From NCBI GenBank assembly GCA_016906335.1, contig JADEYG010000003.1, forward strand, positions 1,674,001 through 1,738,000: a stretch of DNA of 64,000 nt, written 5' to 3'. The position numbers and the translations under genes were made by a program. The DNA comes from Novakomyces olei. Lineage: Eukaryota. How positions within the stretch are numbered: the stretch's first letter is position 1; the number at the start of each line of letters is the position of its first letter. Of this stretch, positions 26,029 through 38,195 are shown one piece after another. Under the pieces are notes generated by a model that was not told the DNA's origin, did no database searches, and saw only the letters and a program-made list of their open reading frames with translations.

Positions 26029-28118
26029 TCACGCTCTAGATGTGCTATAGACGTCGCGAATCTCTGCTTTAAAGTTCTCCCATATAATTTCACGACGCAA
26101 CTTCTGTGCATTTGAGAGCATGCCATTGCTGGTAGTAAACTCTTTTGGACTTAGTATAACACATCTCACAGTTTCAAACTCTTTAAGCGAATAGCATTTG
26201 CTGGTTTCAATAAGTCTTGAGCAAACCATTTTACAAACTTTATCATCCTGACATATACTTTCGTAAGTTGACCCGGGCAGAATATTCATATTGCTTTTGG
26301 CAATCAAATCGAAAAGCTTTGTCATATTGGGAAAAACTATTGCAGCAGGGAAGTTTTTGAATTCATCAACATAAAGACACAAGTTTTGGACAACTTCGTT
26401 TGTTCGATACATTGCTTCAAGTCGCTCCATTGCAATGTATTCGCCGCTCAAGTTTTTGACAATGTTTTTTTTTCTGTCAACAATACAAAGATTCCCATTG
26501 CCGCGGAGTTCCGCAATGTCTCCCGTTTTGAACCACTCATTATGCCACGCGCCTTGCGTTTGCTTTAAGTCCAGATAGCCAGACGATACGGATGCGCCTC
26601 TAATCCAAACTTCTCCTTGAGGATATTTGCTCTTAGTTGGTGACACGTAGTACCCAAGCTCCAGTGCGTCCACAAGCATCACTTCTGCAGATGCCACGGG
26701 CTTGCCGACAGACACAAAGTCGTAGCATTCTGGCTGAGATATAAGAACAGCAGCACATGACTCTGTAAGCCCATAACCGCTCAGTAGCGGCGCTACTACA
26801 GTAGTTAAAAAGGAGCGCGTTCCTTTTGATAGCGAAGATCCTCCAGCCACTAGCCATTTCAAATTTCCTCCAGTGTATGTTTTATGATAAGAGGCTAAGA
26901 GCGAAAGCTGGCTGTTACCGGAGAAACCCAATGCCAGCAAAGCGCTTTGTACGTAATATTTCGCCCAAAAGACATTTTTTTGCAAAAACGAATACCGACT
27001 TATATCGGCCTCAACGGCTTTGCTCAGTCTTTCCCAAACAATCGGCACACCAATCATGAAAGTCGGAGCCAACTCCACCAGGTCACATCTGCAATTATAT
27101 ACTCCAGAACTCATCAGTGTTCTAATTGAGCCAAACCCGAGTTTGGCTCCCCATTGGATGACCATAAGCTCGAAAACAAACTCAAAAATATGCGCACTAG
27201 GTAGATAGCATAAATATGAATCATTGCTGTCGCCTATCCCATGGAGAACTTGGTTCGTGCCAGCAGCTCCCGCAATGATATTTTGGTGTGTAAGCATAAC
27301 TCCTTTATTGCGTCCAGTGCTTCCACTGGTATACATAATACAACAAAGATCTTGGGCAGAAGGCGGGACTGGCGAATATCGTGCTGTTCTGCCCTCTTGT
27401 ATAAGCTGATCCATATTTATCACTTTGATGTGCTTGTATTCTTGAGAAAATTTATTGAGGTCCTCCTCTTTTGCCTCACCATTGTATACTACAATTTTGA
27501 GTTGCGAAAGTATTCCATTGGCTCCTAAAAGCACGCTCAAAAGATAGGCATCCACAAAAATACCTATAGAGCCAGCTTCTTCCATGGACTGCATCAAGCC
27601 CTCGGTACCGAGACTGTCATAAGACGTCACTATGACCATCGTCTGTGAAAGCGCTCCTTGCGCAATGAGAAACCAATTGGCGCTATAAGACCACCATTAG
27701 CATTGCTTATCCATAAATCAGCATACCTGGTCGCTCCAAAAAGTTGAAAGCGTGATTTTGCATGTAGACCGAAAGCACGTAGGCCACTGCCACATAACAT
27801 TATCCGTTCCTTCATTTCCGCATATGTGATGAAGGCATACGGCGTGAGTTCTGGCAAAATAAGCTCCTTCTCATATGATTCCATCGATGTCTGTACTGCA
27901 TGTCGAGTTTTTGTCTTCACTTTGTGAGTGGCAATTATTTTGCGCGTTCCAAGCGACGGCAGATTACTATAGCGCTCGGCAGAGTATTGCACGAGCTCCC
28001 AAGTAGTACGCACGCAAGGCCCATATTCTTTCGTAAATGTAGCTGGACTGTCTGCAAGTTGTTGGATATCGTTCAAACCAGTTTGCTTCCCCGTATGATC
28101 TAGCAATAAACCGCGCAT
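26029..28118 (-). CDS. Long-chain fatty acyl-CoA synthetase (FAA/Lcf1-like)
   Basis: Motifs YTSGSTG, YLPSAHIFE, GYGLTE, WFKTGDI and DRKKNIVK..GEYIA. Intron 27683-27726. Start codon uncertain. Confidence 0.9.
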
Positions 28119-28450
28119 GACTGACTGCCAATTCACTTTGAAAGTTTGGTACTGTTTCTAAAATATATTCGCTCGTCCCGTTCGTTTTCCTCTCATCTTA
28201 CCGATACGACAAACCCGACTTTGCTATTATTGGCTCTGCTTGTTCCGCTATCTCCTTCCATCGAGATCTATAGCAAACATGCACGGTGCAGATAAGCGTA
28301 AATTTTTGGCCGTGAAAGTTGCTCTTGCAGAACGCACTTTTGCTGGCTCTATGTGCTATGCTTAGCGTAATGTTTGGGCAAATCGGTCCGCAAGACCCTT
28401 TGCTATCCATGCAAAATAATTCCGAATTGCGCATTTCAAGAACCTATTAA

Positions 28451-28592
28451 TTTTATACCTCAACACTTTTGCGATCATTGCAGGCATTCCCAACTAGGCA
28501 GGAAGAAGCTTTGAATCTGAAGCTTTTGATTTTATGCCTCAAACAGTTTGGCGATCATTGCGGGCATTCCCAACTAGGCAAGAAGAAGCTTT
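28451..28592. repeat. ~80-bp tandem duplication in a divergent promoter
   Basis: GCGATCATTGC(A/G)GGCATTCCCAACTAGGCA(G/A)GAAGAAGCTTT at 28471-28512 and 28551-28592. Confidence 0.85.
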
Positions 28593-28752
28593 TCCCTGTC
28601 AGTGGACCGCAGGAAGCTCGATTCAAAACCGTCCGAGTCAAGGCATATCTTGCACGAGCATGTAATTTGGATTTAGTGTACGCGTAGGCGTTTTCAAGTA
28701 GATCTAGTTGGCCTCTGACTTTTGTATTATCGTCCCAGCTGAGCATTTGATC

Positions 28753-30198
28753 ATGGAAAACATGGCGTCGGCTTCAACCGCAGAGCCCAGCGCAAAGCCT
28801 ATAGTGGCAGTCTCGGAGCGCAGCCTAGACGCAGACGTCGAAAAAGGCACTGCTACTCAACACTCGATAAGTTCAAATGTTTTGTGCAAGTTTAGCGCAA
28901 CGGGATGGCTTCAAATATTGCGTTGGCGCGTCTTTACAGTTTACCGGCGCCTCAACCTTATTGTTATCGCTACGAATGTCGCCGTCATTGTTGGCTTAGC
29001 AGCTCGCCGCCACAGATTGCTCAATTTGAGTCTGCAAGACGTTGCAACTGCAATAGCAGTGAATCTTTTCCTGACTATCGTGATGCGCCAGGAAATTGTT
29101 GTAAACATCTTGTTCATAGTGTTTGGGAACATTCCACATTGGGTGCCCTTTAGGCTACGCAGACTTGCCGCCAACATATATCACATTGGTGGCATTCACA
29201 GCGGCTCTGGTATTGCTACTTTTGTCTGGTTCGTTGTTCTTAATATCATATTTGGTCGAGATTTGAAATCTCAAGCCTTCAAAGGATCGCGACACGCATT
29301 GATCTCGCTCATAAGCGTTTTGGATTTTCTTATTGTTTGCATTATCATATTTTCGCACCCTATTTTCCGCAGAAAATGGCACAATACATGGGAACAGATC
29401 CATCGACTGTGTGGATGGAGTGCACTTGGATGTTACTGGGTGGCGTTTGGAATACTTGCGAATGACAATCGGAAGCTGCAACATCCGCAATGGTCAGTTG
29501 GAATAATGCTTGCTCGCAATGCTGTGTTTTGGCTTTTGTTAGTTGCAACTCTTTCCATCATAGCCCCTTGGATCCGCTTGAGAAAGGTACCTGTGAGGGC
29601 AGAACAGCTTTCCAAACACGCTATTCGTCTTCATTTTTCTTATACAGACTTGCCAACGTCTTGTGGAATTAGAATAAGCGATGCGCCTTTGAAAGAATGG
29701 CATGCATTTGCTGGAATTGCAAAACCCGACAAGACAGGATTTTCGCTTGTCGTATCGAGAGCGGGAGATTGGACGGCTAAAATTATTGACAGGCCACCAA
29801 CAAAACTATGGGTCCGGGGCATTCCAGCTCGTGGGGTGCTGAATGCCAGCCCTATTTTCAAGAAGTTCGTTTTGGTTGCCACAGGCTCTGGAATCGGTCC
29901 GTGCTTAGCCATGTTTGCTTCCTATAATGTCACTTGCCGACTTCTCTGGTCTACTCCTTCACCTGTCAAGGCTTTCGGACAAAGCCTAGTGGATGATGTG
30001 TATCATGCAGACCCAGATGCCGTCATATTCGACACAAAATCTGGCCGCCCCGATTTGGTTGTGGAGACTTTCAAGCTATATAAAGAGTTTGAAGCGGAGG
30101 CAGTTTACGTCATTTCAAATCCTAGGGTGACTTTTAAGCTTGTTTTTGAAATGGAAAAGCGTGGCGTGCCTGTTTTTGCTCCTTTATTTGACTCATGA
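28753..30198 (+). CDS. TmpA-like integral membrane flavoprotein (ferric reductase-like TM domain plus FAD/NAD-binding domain)
   Basis: About six TM helices with HIGGIHSG and HRLCGW; motifs EWHAFA, SRAGDWT, VATGSGIGP, VISNP and a terminal PLFDS. Confidence 0.82.
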   Translation: MENMASASTAEPSAKPIVAVSERSLDADVEKGTATQHSISSNVLCKFSATGWLQILRWRVFTVYRRLNLIVIATNVAVIVGLAARRHRLLNLSLQDVATAIAVNLFLTIVMRQEIVVNILFIVFGNIPHWVPFRLRRLAANIYHIGGIHSGSGIATFVWFVVLNIIFGRDLKSQAFKGSRHALISLISVLDFLIVCIIIFSHPIFRRKWHNTWEQIHRLCGWSALGCYWVAFGILANDNRKLQHPQWSVGIMLARNAVFWLLLVATLSIIAPWIRLRKVPVRAEQLSKHAIRLHFSYTDLPTSCGIRISDAPLKEWHAFAGIAKPDKTGFSLVVSRAGDWTAKIIDRPPTKLWVRGIPARGVLNASPIFKKFVLVATGSGIGPCLAMFASYNVTCRLLWSTPSPVKAFGQSLVDDVYHADPDAVIFDTKSGRPDLVVETFKLYKEFEAEAVYVISNPRVTFKLVFEMEKRGVPVFAPLFDS

Positions 30199-33100
30199 TT
30201 AAATCTCATGTTGGATGGATTTTGCTGTCATTACTAAAGCTTGCTAGCATGAAATTTTATGGCAACCACATATCTTTGTTGTAACTCAAAGGTATAATTT
30301 GTATGGTTTCGCTATCCAAAAATCGGATTCGATGCTTGTAAACAGGGTAGAACAGTAATAGCGATCAGGCAGTGGTAGCTTAACTGCAAGAAAAGATGCT
30401 GTGACGGATGTCGACGCATCTTAATTTCAAACCATATTTCAGTGTAATAGGAAACTCCCAGCTTGCTCGAAGGCTTTCGGTAACAGATTGCATGAATAGC
30501 ATCCAAGGAATAAACGACCAAATTTAGTGTTTAATGGCCCGTTTTCGTTGGTCTAAGGAAACACTTTTTATATCAGAATCCAATATTTAAATCTTGCCAT
30601 GGAACTGTACATATTAACGAGACGTTCATAAAATTGCGGATACTTTTCAACATAAATACCTCGAAATCTATATTGTATGATTTTGTAGCTTTTGACTGTC
30701 AAATTGAAGAGATTTCATGGTTCACTATGAACAAGGTAGAGTAACAAAGATGAAGCAAACCTTTGAAAAACAATCATTTGATGAGCCATTAAAACCCGAA
30801 ATTAAGGATCTTTTAAAAGGCTCTTAATTTATGCTTACAGCAAATAATATTGAGCACGATGCAATTTGAAAATATATTACGATCTTTAAAACCGATAAAA
30901 ATAAAAGCGCGGTGGAGATGTTTGGCAATGAAATGGGCCGACAAACCTCTACTGATTTATGATGAACTTGCTGAATGGTCACATCGCGTTCAGCACACCT
31001 GACGCCTGTGGGGGATTGCTTACGGGCTACGGCATTGACCTGGTATGGAAGTTCAAGCTTGATTGTAAAGTATGGCAGCTATTTGATGGTGCTGGGCAAA
31101 TTTATCGTTTCAACGTCCACGGAAAATACAAGCAAATGCAAGTCCCTTGCTTATGTTTCGCAGATTTGGGGCAATTTATGGTGTTTTACGGCACTGCTTT
31201 CACATTTCTCTTTGCATTCGATCACAATGGTAGGGTCTCTAATAATTTCAATTATGTTAGGGTTGCGTTTTGCGTCAATTATGATTCTTTAGCGTTACAG
31301 GTCTATGCTATTAACATGTTGTGTTCTTCCACAATGCTAATACTGTTTAAAGAACATGATTTATTGATGTCAATGGTCTATCTTTGCCGGAGCAACGACA
31401 CTATACGGGCGTTGCTGGATCTGCTGCTATTGTGCAAATTCTTTTGCGCCTCGGGCTCGGCGAAGTACTTTGTGATTTCCCGAAAAGGTAGGGCGTTGTA
31501 TACGCAACAACGGTCTGACATCTAGATTATCGACACGGCTATTCATTCGGCCATGGATATCCGTGAATTCGAACCTCGTGTAAAGGAATTTCTTGCGCAG
31601 GCGTATTTCACGCCATAAGCCGTATTTTTAGCATCTCCTCTGGTCTCAGCGCTGCGGAAGTTTTTTCTTCCGTTGTCGCTCCCTCTGCGTAATTTTCATG
31701 TCTGCTAGAACTCACAATAGATCCGATTGACCCTGTGTGAACATTTTCGCCGTTCATATTAGCAGTGTTAGCGTGTATTATGGTTCAATATGAACGAAGT
31801 AGAGAAACAAATCGATGAAGTAAAATCTTTGTAACGAGTACCTGATAAGTCGCTTTTTTAAAAAATAAAAAGCCCCTGAATCCCGTTAATTCCAAATGAA
31901 ATTGTGGAGGAGCAGATTTAGAAAATGACAATGTGCCGACAAAACTTCTGCTGGTCCATGATGAACTTGATGGCACCATGAACCATTAGAAGGAATGTCG
32001 GCTTTGTCGATTGTCAAAATCGAAAGTGATGACTGGCAACTAATGGAGACCATGCAGCACTGTACTTGTCCAAAACACGAACGTGTAATAGCCATTGGAG
32101 AAAGCCAGGGGGCCACAAGCGATAGAGTCCTGCCTGAAGTACTAAGTAGGCGGTGTCCCACCAAGACGCTGAACAGTCCATAGCACTCACCACCATGACA
32201 ACACAACCACCAGGTTTGAGAGCTTCCAAGCGAGCCATTATCGCTGCGAAGTTGAAACAAGGGTTGTGCCGGACACAGCAGATATGGGAAAGACAGTGGG
32301 TCAAGGAAAATCGTGTCCCAAAAGTCCGTCGAGCTCACCTCTCAAACTTCAATCTGCCACCAACATACTTCAGCGGAAAACTAGCCCCTGTCCCCAATAA
32401 AATTGAGCGGAATATGGTCCGAGCCTGAAGCATGCAGTCCCAGAGGAGAGGGCCCGTGCCCCAAGATATTGCAGGGAGTTCCACAAATAACCCCACAAAT
32501 CCCATACGGGACAGCAGCCTTCCCCTGGTTATGAACATTCCACCAAGCGGAATACTAGCCTCTACCCTCAGTCCAGGATGTTATCCCCGAGTGGAGCAGG
32601 GCCCAGCAAAGAGGGGGGGGTGGTCCGGTCCTCGGGATCTTGGAAGATGAGGATTCAAGAGTGCGAAAGCACCTTGCTTTATACCCTCAGGAAAACGCCT
32701 CAATCTAGCAGCGAGTCCAAAAACATTTCAAAGGCCTCAACTCCAATTACCAAAGCAGGACCTGTGCTCGAAAACGTACCAAGGGCGATCCTGTTTTCGT
32801 TACGATTAGCCTGTTTAGGTTATATAAGGGACATGACGCTGCATGTTATTGGTCAGAATATATTGGCTGAGCACGTTTTCGTGCCTATTTTACCAAAATA
32901 AGTAACAGGCTTTACTTGTTAGTCATGTATCTGTGATTATTTAACATAATATAAATAATGTTATACAGTACGATTGATTATATTCAGGATCTGCTTCCTT
33001 TTGAGCTTGCAGTCGCGTTTTTGTGACTCTGGTCTGAAAACACAATTGTCTCCAAAAAACGATGCCAAGTATTAAAACTGAATCAAAGTCTGAGGCAATT

Positions 33101-34158
33101 ATTTGTATACATATTTCGTTTTTTTTTTTTATTTATTTTGAGGGAGAATGTTTACATATACAAGGTCAGGACGAATTCAGCTTGCTTTGCAACTGGGCCT
33201 GCGTAGGCACGGTTGGCGTTCTGTAGGGGCTCAAGTCCGGAGCTGTTTTATTCACTTGCGTTGCATGTTTAAATAACGGCATTATTACAGAGAAAATTAC
33301 CGTGATTAATTGATCATCAAACTTTTTTCAATTTTCATGAGAATAAACAATATTGAAACTACTACTAAACTTGTTTCTTTACGTAACAAATACAAAATTC
33401 CAATGTACCGAAATTATCGAAAAGAGCTTTGAGTAAAGCGTAACAGTCAATAGAACTTCAACTGAAAATTCTTGCCTAGTGGAAATCTGCCCAGTCCTAA
33501 AGCCACAGTGGGCGATAGCGGTAGTCCTTGTCCGGGCCTGAGACATAGAGGGGCCCCGAACGTGCCGTCTCCAAAGTCAATGCAGGGCCAAAAAATCACC
33601 GAAAAACCTGGAAAACAAAAAATTCTTCTATGAGAAGGGGGAAAAATGACAAAATCGGGGAAATAGGTGCGGGTTCATTCGGCGCATCTGCTAGCAATCC
33701 CAGCACATGCGATAGTAGCAGCGGAGGTGCTTGCTGAGAGAGATTTAGCTAAGTGTATCAAATATTTGTGCTAGTTCTAGAGAAAACACAAAAAGTACTA
33801 AAATTAATCGAAGCTGTATTTCTGATGTAAAATGTAAAAATGGGCCCCACGACAAGAAGGAAGTCTACAATTGCCACGAAAGATACATTTAACATTTAAT
33901 AGAGAACGCCAACTTGAAATTTCAACTAAGCAGATATTCGAAACCAAAAACTCCCCTTGAACTAAAATGCTGTAAACTAAATCAAGCAACGCTTATTGGA
34001 AAACGAAGAAAACAATTAACACTTAAAAAGATGCTCGTCACGTGACCACGTACAATCTCATAATTTACAAATTCAAATCGCGAATTAATATATACGCAAG
34101 CTGTCTGCTATATAATATCGTTGATTGACTGATAACGCGAGAACACACTATTTCAACA

Positions 34159-35744
34159 ATGAACAGCACGACTGACCCGGAGCTTTTAATAGAGAAAAAA
34201 GAGCTGCTCGGCTCTGGCAGCTTCGGCGCCGTCTACAGAGGGTGAGGCGGTAATTGCATACTAAACGTTTCCCTATACCTAACTTGTTTAGCATTGACCG
34301 TCGGACGAACGCAGCTGTAGCCATAAAAATAATTGATTTTGAGGCAGCAGAAGATGAAGTGGAAGAGATTGCATTGGAGGTGCAAATGCTTGCTCAGCTG
34401 TCGGCCTTGAACTTTACAAGGTAACATGGCTTTAAGCCTGAATCTAACATTAGATACTATGGCAGTTTTATAAACGGCACAGAACTATGGGTTTGTATAA
34501 TGTATTGGATAAAGACTAACTAAAGATTGTGATGGAATTTTGTCGCGGGGGATCCTGCCTCGATATCGTATGTGTCTTGTGAGCTTCATGGCTGACCGAT
34601 AGCTAAAGGCCTTTACTGCCATTGCGGAAGAGCACATTGCTACTATAATGCGAGACGTGCTATTGGGCCTACAGTATTTGCACAGTGAGGGGAAACTGCA
34701 CCGCGACATAAAAGGTGGGTCTTTTTGCAAACCGCGGTACTAATAACAGCGGCAAATATTTTATTAACAGAGCGAGGAACAGCTAAATTGGCTGATTTTG
34801 GTGTTTCTGGCCAATTGTCTGCGACTTTTGACAAGAAAAACACGTTTGTTGGTACTCCTTTCTGGATGGCTCCCGAGGTTATTCGCCAATCGGGCCACGA
34901 TGAAAAAGCCGATATCTGGTCGCTTGGGATCACAGCAATTGAGCTGGCGCTGGGTGCTCCTCCGCACGCAGACAAGCATCCTATGAAGGCACTGTTTTTA
35001 ATTCCCAAGCAGCCGCCTCCTCGGCTGCCTCAGAACTTCTCATCCAGCTTTCAGGATTTTGTCGCTCAGTGCCTGGCTCGCGACCCAAGGTACCGTCCAT
35101 CTGCTGCACAGCTTTTAAAGCACAAGTTTGTCTCACGAGTGAGAAAGTCTGCAAATTTGGCTGAACTAGTACAGTCGTTTTTGGCTTGGCGTAGTCGCTA
35201 TGGCCGTGTACGGTCACAAATAGCGAAAAAGGAGCCAAAAGCGGGTGAAAGGCAGGTTAAAGAGGACAGTTTTGATCCCCAGATAGCAGATGATTTATGG
35301 GATTTTGGTACAGTGCGTAATGGAAACACTGCACAAAGTCCCGTAAAGCCTACACCTGCCCTTGAACTTGATGATGAGTTGGATCCTACAGTGCTGCAAC
35401 ACCTGAAGATTTTCGAGAATACCACAATCAAGCCTGCACTCACCGAGCAGCCAAAAGCTACAGACGCTTTAAATAGGACAATGACGGTTACTGGCTTGAA
35501 TAAGGGAAAAGATACCAATGAAAGTAAACCTAAAGTTGCTGAACAGACAAGTGACGACTGGCTATCGCTGTCAGAATCAACTTTTCATTTAGATAAGCGC
35601 GACCGTCTGCTCGAGACACTAAAGCGCCTGCGGCAAAGTGAGGACGCAAAAGTTTTGCACGCTGCTCAATTGCTTGCTGATGCCATAGCTGCAAGTGAAA
35701 GAGAGTGCCCTGATATTTTAACGCGTTTGCTCCACGATGTATAG
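34159..35744 (+). CDS. STE20-family GCK-III Ser/Thr kinase (Sid1/MST-like), five short 5' introns
   Basis: Spliced exons give [44 protein letters not shown] and [13 protein letters not shown]. Confidence 0.9.
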
Positions 35745-35807
35745 AGAGGTTCAACATTCAGGTTAGATTGTGGTGTTTTTATAAAGTTTTATGTTCCATG
35801 CGCGTGT

Positions 35808-35847
35808 AATTATTTGTGATTATTTGTGATTATTTGTGATTATTTGT
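35808..35847. repeat. (ATTATTTGTG) x ~4 tandem repeat
   Basis: Seen directly, downstream of the kinase gene. Confidence 0.85.
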
Positions 35848-36166
35848 AGCTTGTTCAAGAGTGGATTTAGTAGAACGTGGAGGTTTTGACGAGATCAATA
35901 TGGCTGTTTGCACGCCGTGTGGAAACGAAGGTTAAAAGTGAGACGTAGCTTACTATTCAGATGGTCGCGGTACTTCTTTCTAAGTATGATACATGAAACA
36001 CTACTAAAATTAATCAAACCAGTATTTTCGATAACCCTATTAACGCTCCCAACAGCAAAATGCGATATATACATACGATAGACCCTTGAAATAAAATGCT
36101 CGCACTCTTATGATATGCAGGGCATCATAACTCTGCCCGCCGAGTAGTCTTTTATCCTTCCATCAT

Positions 36167-37789
36167 TCACTGTCGCTTGCGTTTTCTTATTTGCTTGAGG
36201 CGAGGGCTCCGACGGAACAAACCTAGCTTTTTTCCCTTACCTTCTGGTCTTGGATAAGGGCTCCGACGGAAAATACGTATCTTTGGTGGCTTTGTTACCT
36301 TATGTTCTGGTCTTGGCCATGCCCGCTTGACGGATATGTACTCCTCGCCATCCAGCAATTTATCTGTCCGAGTTAATTCGGAATTAAAACAATCCAAACT
36401 AGTAGGGACTTTCATTTGAGCAAGACACGGAAAAGTCTTTTGCGAAAAACCTCGAATCTTCAAAATGCCTTCTTTGTGCGATTCACAACAATCATACTCC
36501 TCCCATTCGGGACGCGGGTGTCGGGAACTTGTATCCAGCCCCAAGTCATAGTGCAGAGTAAAGAGAGCTCGCGGGCCCGGCTCCTCGCCCTCTGCAATAT
36601 CGGAGATCCAAGGTCCGGCTTCGCATTTTCGCTCAGCAGGGCTTTTTCTAAATTTCACTTGCCATGCAATGTATGCCATCGACTTGCACGCCAGCCCTTC
36701 TTCCTCTTCTTCATCGCTGTCGCCATCTCCGACTGCCATCTTCATCCATCCAGATTTCCCAATAAAAACAGGAATAATACCATCGATTCCAGTCTGTAAA
36801 TCTCTCGTCTGTACTCCTGCGCCTCGTTTCCAGCACGACCATAGAAATGCCGACGACATTTCCACAATTTCGGATCCACAGAACGCAAAATGAGTCAAGT
36901 TGATGTGTCCGTCGTCTAGTGGGATCGAAGTCATGTCCTTTGAAAGTGGACCCATGATGTCCTGCCCTATTAAGCTATTAAGAAAGGTCCTGATCGTCAC
37001 CGTAGTCAAGCTTGTACTTGATAGACTTTCTGTAGAAAGACAAGAGTCCACCGCAATGAGCATTATTATTCGCGCTATAAACTCGCCAATTCCACCCTTG
37101 GCGCAATTCAGATTTGGAATCAACACCTTACGCAACGCCTCAATTGCCAAACACCATCCAGTGTGTGCTGAATATTCTCGAACCAGTATGTTGCGCGATG
37201 CAATTGCTAATGCCGGCTCCGAAGGCGCACACGTGTAGACAACTCCACGTTCATAGCCGGTAACATAGCGCATGTTTTTTTCGACACTTTCTTCTTCTAT
37301 CAATTTGAGCCTGGGGTCAGAGTAAAGAGTGGGAATCAGCTCAACTAGCGTCCGTACTGATAAAACGTTTAGCGCAGTACAAATGTTATTTAGATCTGTT
37401 TCTTTTTGGCCCACGCCTCGCAGCTTAATCTCAGCAAACTCAGCCAAATCTTCCGGCCTGCACAAAGCACACACTGGGCGTCCATAAAGTGAAAGCTCTG
37501 AAAACTTTAGTGCGTCCTCAACCACCACCAGATGAGATTTCGAATTGACCATTAGGTCTAATGGGAAACGTGTCCAGGGAGAATGCAACGGAATCTTTTT
37601 ATTCAAATAACTCAATTTTACATTCGTGTTTAGAGACAGTAGCCATGGACATATATGACCGACTGCTCCAGGCGCGCAGAATGCCATGTCGGAAAATGCC
37701 TTCCATACTTCCAGCACGTTTTCAAACCCGGCAGAGAAGCTGTTTTTACGATTCGCGTCTTCCATCGCGCCGCATTCATCGAATGCCAC
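36167..37789 (-). CDS. Crinkler-type NTPase/restriction-endonuclease-like protein, probably 5'-truncated
   Basis: Walker-B-like LIYVAFDE just upstream in frame; motifs SEPALA, KGGIGEFIARII, NLTHF and GIDGIIP...QVK (PD-(D/E)xK-like); basic C-terminal tail. An in-frame stop lies ~25 codons upstream of the ORF start and no Walker A is seen. Confidence 0.55.
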   Translation of the reverse strand: MAFDECGAMEDANRKNSFSAGFENVLEVWKAFSDMAFCAPGAVGHICPWLLSLNTNVKLSYLNKKIPLHSPWTRFPLDLMVNSKSHLVVVEDALKFSELSLYGRPVCALCRPEDLAEFAEIKLRGVGQKETDLNNICTALNVLSVRTLVELIPTLYSDPRLKLIEEESVEKNMRYVTGYERGVVYTCAPSEPALAIASRNILVREYSAHTGWCLAIEALRKVLIPNLNCAKGGIGEFIARIIMLIAVDSCLSTESLSSTSLTTVTIRTFLNSLIGQDIMGPLSKDMTSIPLDDGHINLTHFAFCGSEIVEMSSAFLWSCWKRGAGVQTRDLQTGIDGIIPVFIGKSGWMKMAVGDGDSDEEEEEGLACKSMAYIAWQVKFRKSPAERKCEAGPWISDIAEGEEPGPRALFTLHYDLGLDTSSRHPRPEWEEYDCCESHKEGILKIRGFSQKTFPCLAQMKVPTSLDCFNSELTRTDKLLDGEEYISVKRAWPRPEHKVTKPPKIRIFRRSPYPRPEGKGKKLGLFRRSPRLKQIRKRKRQ

Positions 37790-38195
37790 GTAGATGAGTC
37801 CCTTGAATTGCGCTTTATCGTTTCCATTTATATCTCTGCAGATCGACTTGCTCGTTTACGGGCTCTGTGAGCTTGCCCTCCCACTTTGAGCCTTTTTTGT
37901 GCCATGTTCGTGGTGTACTATCGGTCTGGTGTAATCACGAATGCAGCGAACTAGAAGAGCAAACTATAATCTAAAGAATTCCTTGTCTTTAATATGCCAC
38001 ACGTTATTCTGCTATACATTATTGTGTGATACACATTACTCTACTATACATTAGAACCATACATTAATGCCATACATTCAATAATCTATTCAGTCATACA
38101 ATAATAATCAGTCATATAATAAACTGCCATAAAAGCGCGTACGAGTGACGCGATAAACAAAAAAATGTCGCAGAGCGCAGTAGAATTGGACTGAG

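Noticed and set aside
30700-32901. Short ORFs on both strands (e.g. 30959..31525, 32153..32650), possible decayed gene or retroelement
   Set aside because: Multiple stops and no recognisable domain, LTR pair or TSD.
33721-33745. GGTGCTTGCTGAGAG, resembling the 5' part of a TPP riboswitch
   Set aside because: The downstream conserved core (GAACCTGAT...TAAT...GCG) is absent.
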